Below are positions 24,664 through 42,297 of a stretch of DNA of 64,000 nt, piece after piece. Origin of the DNA: Felis catus (Eukaryota). The stretch is taken from NCBI RefSeq assembly GCF_018350175.1, contig NC_058370.1, positions 90,582,001-90,646,000 of the forward strand, read 5' to 3'. The translations under genes were made by a program, and so were the position numbers. The notes beneath the pieces were generated by a model. It was not told where the DNA came from, ran no database searches, and worked only from the letters and a program-made list of their open reading frames with translations. Positions within the stretch are counted from its first letter, which is position 1. The number at the start of each line of letters is the position of its first letter.

Positions 24664-25229
24664 TGTTCTTCATTTTTATTAGGTAAAATAGACACATATT
24701 TTATACAAAGTTAAAAAGGCACAAAAGTGTATATTTTGAAAAATAAGTCTCCCTTCACCCTTGTTCCTCTTAGTCACCTATCAGAATTGATGTCACTAGT
24801 TTCTTGGGAGCATTCAGAGGCCTCATTCCTTTGAATAGCAGCATAGCTGTCCATTGTATGGATGTGCCAAGTCCATACACCAAATTACTTTGGTGTTTCG
24901 TTAGAGGGACACTTAGATCGTCTCCAGTGCTATTACCCATTAGGATCTAAATTCCATGTCAATGTTATCAGTTACTTATCACTCTTAACTTTTGTTGGCA
25001 ATAAAGTGTTCCAGATTGTATAGGTGCACCATAATTCATTCATCATTTCTCTACTGATGAGAATGTAGGCTTAAATACAGTTTGCTCTGCTCCTAGGGTA
25101 CCTATCCTATTAAATACTTCTGCCATTTACCGGCAGTATAGTTTCTTACGTACTCCTCCAGTGCGCTGTGAGCTCCTCAAAAGCAGGGGAAATTGTTCAT
25201 GTTCATCTTTGTATCCTCATAGCCTAAGC

Positions 25230-25650
25230 ACCGAATTTGGTCCAGAGTACACGCTTTCCACGTTTAGGTACAATAATAATTGAATCGCCCGCCCTGAGTC
25301 CCGGAACCGAGCTTGAGGAGGCGAAGCGAAGGCAAAGCCGTGCCCTTTTAAGCTGTCCCAGCCTCAGAGGTCCGGAACTTTCGTTAGACGTTTCATTGTT
25401 TCTCAGGGAGGATTTTAGCCTCCGAGCGTGCCCCGCACAAGCATGGTTGTTACGCACCGGAAGTAGCTTGTTATTTTGCGGGAGTCAGTTCTTCCGCGGG
25501 GCGGAAAAGGCAATTAAGCATGTGTTCCTATCTTTTTCAGTCCCCTTTCCTTGCAGGACCCTATGAGCAAGCTGTGGCGGCGCGGGAGCACCTCTGGGGC
25601 TATGGAAGCCCCTGAACCGGGTAGGCGCGGGTCGGTAAAGCAAGTTAGGC
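25230..25650 (+). promoter_or_regulatory. INO80B CpG-island promoter with ETS/GABPA site CCGGAAGT (25457-25464)
   Basis: CpG-dense sequence just upstream of the INO80B ATG; exact ETS consensus. Confidence 0.75.
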
Positions 25651-28246
25651 GTTCTCAGAAAAGGAGTCCCTTTTTTTGCTCTTCCGAGCCTCCGGGGTAC
25701 TTAGCCACAGGTGGGAAGGAGAAAGGCGGAGTTGTTGTTATGGTAACAGCGTGTACCGCGGGAAGAGTAGGCCCCTTCGGGGGTATTGGGTTCTTCAAGG
25801 CTTTCCCTGCCCGGCTGTTGTGGTCCACTGTTGACAGGCTTTCCTTACGCAGGGGAAGCACTGGAATTGAGTCTGGCGGGTGCCCACGGCCATGGAGTGC
25901 ACAAGAAAAAGCACAAGAAGCACAAGAAAAAACACAAGAAGAAACACCATCAGGAAGAGGAGGCTGGGCCGACGCAGCCGTCACCTGCCAAGCCCCAGCT
26001 TAAACTCAAAATCAAGCTGGGTGGGCAGGTCCTGGGCACCAAGAGGTGAGGCCAAGAAAGCCAAGGTTTTACTTGAGGAACTTTAGGAGCAAGCAGAGGG
26101 AGAAGAAGCTCTCTGGGCTTTCCAATAGAAGAGAATGGACACTGACTTCAGGGCTGAGGTTAAGGTAGCGAGAACCCAAGAGGGTGCAGGGGAGGACTGG
26201 AAAAAGCTACCAAGCAGGAGGAGACAACTGCTCAGCTTACACAGTGGTTGCTTTTCTGCAGTGTTCCTACTTTCACTGTGATACCTGAAGGTCCTCGATC
26301 ACCCTCTCCCCTTATGGTTGTGGACAATGAAGAGGAACCTATGGAAGGAGTCCCCCTTGAGCAGTACCGTGCCTGGCTGGGTGAGAAGGATCTGGAGGTG
26401 GGGAAACTGGGTTTCTCATTATACCTGATTAAAGGAGGAGGGTTGGTTATGAGGATGGTGAGAATTTTGAGTGTCCCAGTATTAACTTGGCTAAATTAGG
26501 GTTCCCCATCTGAACAATTTTACTTTTAGCTTTCCAACTTTGCTTTCCAGATGAAGACAGTAATCTGTCCCCCTCCCCACTTCGGGACCTGTCGGGGGGC
26601 TTAGGGGGTCAAGAGGAAGAGGAGGAACAGAGGTGGCTGGATGCCCTGGAAAAGGGAGAGCTGGATGACAATGGAGATCTCAAGAAGGAGATCAACGAAA
26701 GGCTGCTCACTGCTCGACAGGTAAGTCGGTTCATTCTTTATTCACTTGCTAAACATATATTGAGAATTTCTCATGTCCCAAGAATGTTACTAGGCAGTGG
26801 GGATATCGATGGTGAAAAAAAGACAGAAAAGGTTTCTGTTCTCATGGAGTGGTATTCGTGTGTGTGCGCGCGCGCGCGTGTGTGTGTGTTGGGGGGAGAG
26901 GGGTAAGTGAATAAATAATTTTGAAGAGCACGGTTTATAACAAAGATAGGGTGATGAAATAGAAAGTGGTGGAGAAGAAATGTTAGATAGTGTAGTCAGG
27001 GAAGACCTCTCTGAAGAAACTACATTTCCAATACCAGGGGAGCTTTTCAGGCAGAGACCAGCAGGTGCAAAGACCCTGAGAGTGGAACATGCCTAGTACT
27101 GGTCAAGGAGAAAAATAAGTGTGACTAAGCCATGAAAGTATTGTTTGCAGGAAAGTGATACATTTGATTTATATTTTGGTAGATTACGTTGGCTTCTTCC
27201 TGGAGGTAAGGAGTAGAAGCAACATCTGCCAGGAAGCTGTAGGAATCAGGTGAAAGATGGGGTGGTGGCTTGAACCAAGGCGAAATTGTGGAGAAGGAGG
27301 AAATCAGATGGATTCTGGATCTATTTTGGAAATAGACACCTGTTAGGAGTCAGGGAAGGGGTAGCAAAGGAGTCAAGGGTAACCCTGAGTTTTGGGCTTG
27401 AGCAGTTATCCAATTGATGCTCTCCACTGAGATAAAAAGATTTAAAACAGCAACAAAACAAAACAAAAACACCCTGGAGAGGTGGTAAACAAAGTTTGGG
27501 GGCAGGCAGGAAATATTACTAATGCTTTTCTTGAGAGTCAAGGGTTGAAAGACGAAAGTCTGGGGATCTGGGAGGAGGCAGTATTAAAAGGCACCTGGAG
27601 AGGTGCTCATTCCACTTCTTCTCTCAAGTCCAGCACTCCTCAAAGACACTGCTTTCCCTGCCTTCGTTTGTTCAGAACTCCTCTCTCTGACACCCCTCGG
27701 TCTGTCTCTCCCCAGCGAGCTCTGCTCCAGAAGGCGCGGAGTCAGCCTTCTCCGATGCTGCCACTGCCCGTGGCTGGGGGCTGCCCTGCCCCGGCACTCA
27801 CCGAGGAGATGCTGCTGAAGCGCGAGGAGAGGGCGAGGAAGAGACGGCTGCAGGCGGCTCGGCGGGCGGAGGAGCACAAGAACCAGACTATTGAGCGCCT
27901 CACTAAGACTGCGGCGCCCAGCGGACGGGGAGGCCGAGGGGCAGCGAGGGGCGAGCGGCGGGGCGGGCGGGCCGTGGCCCCAGCCCCCATGGTGCGCTAC
28001 AGCAGCGGGGCACAGGGTTCCACCCTTTCCTTCCCACCCGGCGTTCCCGCCCCCGCGCCAGTGTCTCAGCGGCCATCCCCATCTGGCCCTCCTCCTCGAT
28101 GCTCTGTCCCGGGCTGCCCTCACCCGCGCCGCTACGCCTGCTCCCGCACGGGCCAGGCACTCTGCAGCCTTCAGTGCTACCGTATCAACCTGCAGATGCG
28201 GCTTGGAGGGCCCGAGGGCCCCGGATCTCCCCTTTTGGCTACTTAA
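25563..28246 (+). CDS. INO80B: INO80 complex subunit B (IES2/PAPA-1; His/Lys tract, PAPA-1 domain, HIT zinc finger), 356 aa
   Basis: Exons 25563-25620, 25853-26045, 26262-26380, 26551-26720, 27716-28246 = 1071 nt. MSKLWRRGSTSGAMEAPEP...HKKKHKKHKKKHKKKHH...CSVPGCPHPRRYACSRTGQALCSLQCY...SPLLAT*. Confidence 0.97.
26735..27480 (-). mobile_element. L2 LINE fragment
   Basis: ttcattctttattcac...tattgag...ctaggcagtggggata...gttctcatggag is the reverse-complemented L2 3' end; ends approximate. Confidence 0.6.
26857..26889. repeat. Compound (GT)n(GC)n(GT)n alternating purine-pyrimidine tract
   Basis: cgtgtgtgtgcgcgcgcgcgcgtgtgtgtgtgt. Confidence 0.95.
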
Positions 28247-28312
28247 GGCCCTTACTTAACCCGGACTCTGCGCCCTCTCCCCTGCCCCCATTTTCATTAT
28301 TTTCCCCACCCT

Positions 28313-28318
28313 ATTAAA
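28313..28318 (+). terminator. INO80B poly(A) signal ATTAAA
   Basis: 67 nt after the stop codon. Confidence 0.75.
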
Positions 28319-28399
28319 TTTCATCCGGTGCCTCAACTTGTACAGAATTGGGGGAATGGGGTATGGACAGGTCAATTCCCCGCACACACGATGCCCTCA

Positions 28400-28990
28400 C
28401 GGGAGGTTGCATCAAGCCCCGGGAAACGACCACTAGGCCTAAAGAAGACTGACCGATCTGCCCCCCAAACTTGGGCGGACTTTTGGGACCCCCCCTCCCC
28501 CGCCTCTTCATCGGAGTTACCTGGCTTGGTCGGGCCGTCGGCGTCATCCCGAAAATAGCGCTCAAGCCAATCAGCAGAAACTTTGCTTTTCTGGGCGGCT
28601 GTTCATTGGTTGATAACGCAGAGCCCGTTCTGTTGTCCATATTGGCTATTGTCGCTGTCAGTCAGGGCCGTGGGTCGAACCTTACCCCACTCTTTGTCTG
28701 TGTAAGCTCTTGTTGTCTGGGAGAGTGGCAGAGGCACTGCTGTAGATTGGTCACTGGGAGAAACCTCTGGTCCGTTGCTATTGGCCCGCCCGCCGGCGGG
28801 CGTTGCTGATTGGTAGGACCGAGCAATCTGGGTCCTAGTTGGCACCGCTCTCCCCGGATGGAAGCTCCGGCCGCGGAGTGATGGTGGCGGCAGAGAAGAT
28901 GGGCCGGGCAGGGACCATGGCAGAGGTGGCAGGGGCGGGGCGCCTGGCAATAGAGGAGGCTGTGGTCTACAGGGGGCTGTAGGTGGAGGC

Positions 28991-29000
<10 letters not shown>
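28400..29000 (+). promoter_or_regulatory. WBP1 CpG promoter with six CCAAT boxes
   Basis: CCAAT at 28567; ATTGG at 28605, 28641, 28746, 28780, 28809; GC-rich. Confidence 0.7.
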
Positions 29001-31057
<2,057 letters not shown>

Positions 31058-31465
31058 TCAGTTTTGGGAGGGTGGGTGGATTACTGGCCCACCAGAAACA
31101 GCCCTGGCCCCAACTCCTCTGAGTTCTCCTTGGCCTTTCCCTGCCTCCTCGAATCTGCCTGAAAGGGGTGGAATCCTGAGGAGAGTGGCTGTGTTTGGGG
31201 GACTGTGCTAGCTCTACCCCCTAAAACATACACAGAAGCCTTTGATCTCATTAAAGAGATGTGAACCAGCTGCTTGTGAATTTGGGTGGACTGGTGCTGA
31301 ACTTCTGCATCGCACTTGACCTGACTGGATTTGAGGGGACAGGTAATAGCCACGTTTCCCAACCTCCTCTGAAGAAAAGCAGGCAGCTCTAAGGTCTGGA
31401 CTGAGCTAAGACTTCTTGGTGAGGCAAAATTGGCAAAAGCAATGGAGTTTGGCATGGTTTTCCAA

Positions 31466-31471
31466 TTTATT
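31466..31471 (-). terminator. MOGS poly(A) signal AATAAA
   Basis: tttatt on + strand, about 180 nt past the MOGS stop. Confidence 0.8.
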
Positions 31472-31477
31472 TAGAAA

Positions 31478-31483
31478 AATAAA
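31478..31483 (+). terminator. WBP1 poly(A) signal AATAAA
   Basis: First AATAAA after the WBP1 stop. Confidence 0.8.
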
Positions 31484-31651
31484 CTCTGAATTCACATTCA
31501 CCCCGGGGCTATGTGGGATGACAGTAAGGACACACCTGAGATGAGCTGAGGAAAGTTTGAAGCGCTAGTATCTGAGGGCTGGGGGCAGAAGCTAGGGACC
31601 TGGTCCCTTTAGTCCAGAGTGGGGGCCTGGCTCCCCTCTCACCCTCCCCCT

Positions 31652-35057
<3,406 letters not shown>

Positions 35058-35640
35058 CCTGGCACGGACGTCGGCGTCGCAGTGCTCGGAGAGGCGGCAA
35101 TGGAGCCCAGGTCCTGCCTTGCTTCCCCGGCTTCCGCGCTGCGCCCGGAGACCACAGACCTGTCACCCGCGCCTGCCGGTCCGCGCCTCTCGCTCCGTTT
35201 CCGTCTCCCGCCGGAAGTCCCGCCCCGCCACGTCAGATTAGAAGTCTCAAAGTCCGGAACCGCCGTCACCCGCGTGGTTTAGGGCTAGCTGTACCCTGGG
35301 TTAACGTTTCTTTGGCGTCCTTGCGGATTTCACAGGCTAGTAGATACAAGTAATCTCACGTTGGCTTTTTTTTGTTTTGTTTTTCAAATGACTATATATT
35401 AACAACCTGAGACGCCATCCCGAGTGGTTGACATTTAACCGCCCCCTAACCCGCCCCAGGCAGGTGGCTGAAAACTGTGGCCTAGAAAATTCAAGTAACT
35501 TGGCCCCGGCCACAGAGCCAGGAAGTGGCTAGCATAGAGCCGAAGTGTATCTAAAACAGACTGGATCGTTTTGCCCACGCTCATGCCTTCTTTCCAACTT
35601 AACTGGAGTGTGCTGGAGTGGACCCAAAAGGAAGCGGGAA

Positions 35641-35854
35641 ATTTTTTTTTTTTTTAAATGTTTGTTTACTTTTGAGAGAGAGAGAGAGAGAGCATGAGAG
35701 ACAAAGGGGCAGAGAGAGGGAGACACAGAATCAGAAGCAGGTGCCAGGCTCTGAGCTGTCAGCACAGAGCTGGATGTGGGGCTTGAACTCCGGAACTGTG
35801 AGATCATGACCAGAGCCGAAGTGGGACACATCCAACTGAGGCATCCAGGGGCCC
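35641..35854 (-). mobile_element. Can-SINE (SINEC_Fc-like)
   Basis: Full-length structure with (GA)n linker. Confidence 0.92.
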
Positions 35855-36103
35855 TGTTCCAGCAGTCTTCAAGCGACCTGTAACTTTAGACAAATCAGAT
35901 ATCCACTCAGTCCAGGATTCCTTATCTAGATGAATCCTAATAGGACCAGAATGGTGGTGCATGCACTTTGAGAATGCATTTCCCCCGCTTTTCTACAAAC
36001 CAGGAAGTGAAGCAGCTTAGGAGAAGGATAGCTTATATTCAGGTCAGGAAAGGCTGTAGGAAGGAGGCAATATTTGCACCTTAGCATAAAAGGTGTTTTC
36101 ATA

Positions 36104-36300
36104 GGGGCACCTGGGTAGCTCGGTCAGTTAAACTCCTGACATCTGCTCAGGTCATGATCTCAGGGTTCCTGGGTTTGAGCCCTGCATCATGCTCTGTGCT
36201 GACAGCTCAGAGCTTGGAGCCTGCTTCCGATTCTATGTCTCTGTCTCTCTCTGACCCTCCCCTGCTCACACTCTGTCTCTCTCTCAAACACTAAAAAAAC
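36104..36300 (+). mobile_element. Can-SINE (SINEC_Fc-like)
   Basis: Full length; degenerate TSD aaaaggtgttttcata/aaaaggtattttcaca. Confidence 0.92.
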
Positions 36301-36969
36301 TTTTTAAAAGGTATTTTCACAAAGTACAAGTTCCTATCATCCTTTAAAACACCCTACTTGACATCATTATGCTACTCTAGCTACTATCACACCTCCCATC
36401 CAAACTCATTATATAAAGCTAGTACTTTATGCTACATATATCCGCTTTCAATTTTGCTATAATATGGTATCTGGCACTACCCTCCACTGGTAGACTTTTT
36501 GCTCTTTCAACAATCACCTTCTGACCAAACCTAATGGTCACTCATGTCTTTCTCTTCCTTGCTACCATTGCATCTAATTCACATGTCTACTGTAGCACTT
36601 ATTACATACCTGGGTTTCATTATTCATCTTTGTATCCCAGTACTAATCACAGTTACAGTACTAATCGCACACGGTAGATGGTAAATATTTGTAAACTCGA
36701 CAAATGTTAATTGCACACTATGTATCAGGCACTATGCAAAGTGCTGGGGACACAGAAAAAACAGCCCCAACCTCAAGTTCACAGTGCCAGCATTCAATCT
36801 ATGTTTACAACAATGTCTGAACCATGCCCATTTTTACAGATGAGGAGAGAGGTAAAGTCTCACCAGACAGAAGAGCCAGCTAGCCACTGAGCTGGGGAAC
36901 TCAAATCTAGGCTGTCAGTATCCTTTTGGCTATAGCATAAGGCCTCTTAGATAACACATATGCTCCGGG

Positions 36970-37175
36970 TAATGTTTTAGGCACTTACAATAGCAACTCA
37001 TTTAATCCTCTCAACAGTCCTAGAAGATAGGTACTACTATCCCAATTTTACTAATGAGGAAACAGGAACTGAGAGACTAAGTAATTTTTCCACAGTCACA
37101 GAACTACTTAGGGGCAAAGCTAAGATTTCAACCTTAGGAATTCTGGCTCTTTACTACACCATACTGCCTCCTGGT
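36970..37175 (-). mobile_element. MIR SINE
   Basis: ctcatttaatcctctcaacagtcct...cccaattttactaatgaggaaacagg...aagtaatttttccacagtcacag. Confidence 0.7.
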
Positions 37176-38578
37176 AGGTTTTTGGTAGTTTCTTTTTTAA
37201 AGGGGGAGGGGAAAAAAACAGCCCTTGAAGATAGCACCCTTTCAAGCAGAGAAGCAGTGTAGTAATGCTATAGCAAAGTCATGGAAAATGTATTTGGCAA
37301 AGTACACAGCAGCCAGTGTCTAGAGATCCTTGATTGTCTAAGGATTCTGAAGTTCTCTAAACCAGTAGCCATCAACCATCTTTTCCTACAACCCGTGATA
37401 AGAAACAATTCTATTCTGCAACCAAGTACCTGCAGATATGCACACATAAACATACTTCATGTTTTATATATATATTCATGATTATGCTGAAAACTTAAAT
37501 TTCTTAAAAGAGTACTTCCCATTCTCCATGCCATGCACTCTGATACTTTTTATTCTATTTTACTTTGTTTTTGAAAGGCTGATTTAACCCTCTAAATCGA
37601 TTTCATGATCCATTCTAATGAGTTGGTAACCCAGTATGAAAAACGCATTGGGCACTGTGTGAAACAAGTAGTGAGACATAAAAACAGTGATGTGCTTTGA
37701 AAGATAAAAGTAAGCAGCAGCAAAAACGGTCAGAAAAAAAGGAGATTGGGTGGGAGAATACAATGATACAGGAAAGTGAATGGGAATGGAGAAAACATTT
37801 CAGAAGCTTTTGTTTAAAAAAGAATATTTTGAATTTACTAACTGGATACGCAGGGAAAGAGAGAGGACAGAAGCAGAGATAATGCTGCGGTTTCCAGCCC
37901 AGGTGGCTGAGAAGATGAAGCAGATGAAGGAATGGAGAAGTCAGGGGGAGAGGAAAGTATATGTATATGTAAGATTATCAATTCTATTTTGGACACAGAG
38001 TTTGGTGGGGTTTGGAGGAAATCGGTAGTAGGTAACCTGCCCATAGCACAGTCGTTGAGATTAGAGCCAAACAGAAATGTAGGATTTAACCCCAGAGTTC
38101 AAGTTATGACAGGATGAAATGCTCAGACATACAGAAGAAAATGAAGGATGAGAGTACAATGTTATGGTTAAAAGAAAAAAAAAACCCATGAGGAAGAGAA
38201 CTTCCACAAGGGAGTGAATTAAAAGTGGCAGATGCTACTGACATGGAACTATGAGGACCGAGAAAAACAGCACTGGATTTGGCTAATAAGAGCAAGAGGT
38301 ACCTTGAGTGAGTGGTGGGAAAAGCCATATTCAAAAGGGTTAAGCAGGGAGTGATGGTAAGAAAATGAAATAAATTCAAGTTTGTGCAGATCCCTCTCCA
38401 ATCATGTCTCGTTTCAGAAACGTTGGTTGGATCAGTAGTCACAGGGCTCGCTCTTTTTTTCTTTTTGGCGCTCCATGGCCCTCCAGATGGTGATTCGAGT
38501 GACGAAGTCTCTCAAACTCTTAGGTAAGTGTCCTAACAATCCCAAGCTAAAATCTGCTTGTTGATCTCTTCTGCACTG

Positions 38579-39260
<682 letters not shown>

Positions 39261-39663
39261 GGCCCTGGGCTCCCCACTCCAAGAGGAGGAAGGCCAGCGG
39301 GGAGGTGGTTTCGATACAGGGTATGGAGGGCCCCAAAGTAAGCAGTCAGTAAATACCTATCATTAATAGTCCTCTTGTACCACGGCGAAAACAATAAATA
39401 ATGCAAAAGCCTTGCACTTGGCTACGATAACTAGTCCGTCTTTTGCGGTCTTTCCCTTTCCGTATGTTGCTGTGCCAGATCTAGGTTAACACCATGTCAA
39501 GCGCTGGTCCCTTTGGTGAGGACACTGCCATGGCAGGGATTATACAGCTACCAGGGAGGTAAAGCCTCCTCAAGTAACTGAAGATCAAACGCATGGAACT
39601 CTGAGTAAACAAAGTTTAAACGTGAAGGACCTTTAGCCTAATATTCAGTGACTTAAAATAGAA

Positions 39664-39860
39664 GGGGCCCCTGGGTGGGTCAGCACGTCTGACTTTGGCT
39701 CCGGTCCTGATCTCACAGTTCGTGAGTTTGAGCCCCACGTCAGGCCCCGTGCTGACAGCTCGGAGCCTGGAGCCTGCTTCCGATTCTGTGTCTCCCTCTC
39801 TTTCTGCCCCACCCCTGCTTGCTCTCTGTTTCTCAAAACTGAATAAACATTAAAAAAAAA
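39664..39860 (+). mobile_element. Can-SINE, antisense to CCDC142 in its 3' region
   Basis: Full-length SINEC_Fc-like structure. Confidence 0.92.
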
Positions 39861-42297
39861 TTTTTTTTTTTTGAATAGTAACAAGACAGGGAGTATAGGG
39901 TAATACAACCCTTGGGACTGATCCACATGTAGAAATGCCTATTCCACCTCTGTGGTTCCTGATGAATTGTGTGTTTAGCCTGGCTCCTGGGACTTAAGAG
40001 GAAGTGGCATCTAGGCTTTCTGCTTTCTACCACTTTTTCTCTTTCCCTTTCCCCAGGGACCCAACTCCATAGCCCTTCTAGGGCCTAGCCCTGAGATGTC
40101 TTCACTGTTGGGGAACTAGGCCTGAGCCTCCCAAGGATGCTGACCTCCAGGTTCCAGGCTGTGGTGGTTTGGCCCTTTACTCTGGACTCCAGGCACTGGA
40201 GTGATCTTGGATTCTTAGCTTCTAAGTCCAGGTTCTTTGTAGCTTGTGGTTCTCAGGTATCCTTTCTTTCAGGCTCCCAATGTAGGCTTCTTTAACATGC
40301 ACTTCTAAATGGCTGAGCTTTTCCAGCCAGAGATGGGGAGCTCTGAATTTTTGCCTCAGCATCCCAGGTTCCTTAGGATTCGGGACTGGTCCCCAGGCAT
40401 GAAAGAAAAGGCAAGTGCCAACGGGGGCGCTGGTGCTGCCTCAGGGCAAGCCAGGCCTGCTGATTTCCCACCAGGTAAGCCTCTGGGCTAGGTCCCCCTC
40501 CCCATAGTGTGCTTAGCAGCTGAGCTGTCTGGGCTGGGGGTGCTCCAGGCCGAAGAGGGGGCTCCAAGTTCTCCAAGCTGTTGAGGCTGCTGCTGGGCAA
40601 TTCCATGGTCTGGACCTCATTGCATATACCTAGTAAGGCGGGAATGGAAGACAGGCAGTGGGCAGGAGGAGGGGTACCACCACTCTTGACAACTATATGA
40701 GGTTAGTGATATGGATGGGGGATGGAGCACATAAAGTAGCAAGGGCAGGTCAAGGAGAGCCTGGAGTTGGAGAACAGTGACTCACAGCAACAGGGAGGCC
40801 TCCTGTGGACTTCAGGCTTGGGCAGGGGCTGCTGGAATAGACACAGCAGGGCGCCATCCAGCCTCTGGAAGATGTTGAGTGTGAGCAGAGACTGGCGAAG
40901 TTCTGGCGACAGGCCCCACTGCTCCTCCTCCAGCAACTCCCGGACCACTCCAAAGTCTTGTCTGAGCTGCAGCGCCCCCTGCAGGCTGAAGGCCAAGGTA
41001 CAATGTGGCCACCTGCCTCTACTGCCTCTCTAACTGCTCCGCCCCACCTATACCCCCTCGCTTTTTCCAGTTCCATCCAGCCCTCTGCCACTGCCTCCTT
41101 TTCTCCCCACCTGAACCGGATCCCATGCCTGAGGATGTGGTCAAGCCAGGCACCCAGGATGGCCGTCAGTGCTTGGCCAAGGGCAGGGGCCTGGGCTTGG
41201 GGCGGCAATCCCTGCAATCCTTGCAGCACAGGCTCCAGTACAGTGCGAACCACCAACCCAGCATACTCACTGGGAATGCTGGGCAGTTCTGGAATGAGAG
41301 AAGAGAAAGGACAGCGTATGAGGCTATGGAGATCTGTTGAGCTCCTAAGGGAACGTTTAGGGGAAGATGGTTAGGATTTGTGGGGACATGGGAGGCAAGG
41401 ACAAGGATGGAGACAGAGAAGTGGAGCCAGGATCTGGAGGAGTCAGGACACTGTTACCCCTGGGAACCCTGGAAGGGGATGCTGGGAAGAGGAGTTACCA
41501 GGAGAGAGACGATGCCGCCAGTACCGGCCCTGTGGCATGTAGAGTTCGAAGCCCTGTGTGGCTTGTTTATGACATTCTTGAAAAAAGAGACTTAGTGACT
41601 CTTCAGGCAGGAGCTGTGTAGATATGGAGAAAGTAAAAGGGGCTTCTCTGTTGGAGAACTGCCAAATTATGATGCTTTTTTGAATCTCAGGTTTTTAACC
41701 TGGCTTTCATAAAGCCCCAGAACAGAATTGTATTCATAATTCTATGGGCTTGGGCAATTCTGAGGAAAGATGTCCTAGCTTTATTGGATTTTCCTAAAGG
41801 CCTGGACCCAGAAAAGATGATAGACAATTGCCATAGGATTACCCTGCTCTTCTCAGCTTGGTTCAGAGTCTGGAAGTCCTCCAGGTTAATTTTACTCTAT
41901 AGGAACATTAATAGGAAAAAAGGGGGAGAAACCCTCACCACTACCAATGTTTAAAAGCAAATGCTAGAGAGAGGGGTCTGCGGATCTACAGACAGGCAGA
42001 GGCTGAAGAAAGAAAGGGGGAATTGTATGATCTTCCACCATCTATGAAAGGAAGGCAGGAACTATATGCAGACCAGGAGCAAGCACTGTAACTTTCTGAG
42101 ATTCAGGACCTTTTGGAATGTCCTTAAACTGAATATTTTTTACACCTACTTCCATTACTTTTGTAACCCATAAAGCAAAAAAGGCCCATGGGCTGGTTTG
42201 GTTTCTGTGTTTTGATAGGTAATGTTTTTGTAATGGGAGAGGGCAGAAAAAAAAAAAAAAGAAAAAAAAAAAAAGAAAAAAAGGGAGGGGGGTTCTT

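Noticed and set aside
27482-27715. 5' extension of the 254-aa ORF before INO80B exon 5
   Set aside because: Intronic; a clear acceptor at 27715 and orthologue similarity start at RALLQK
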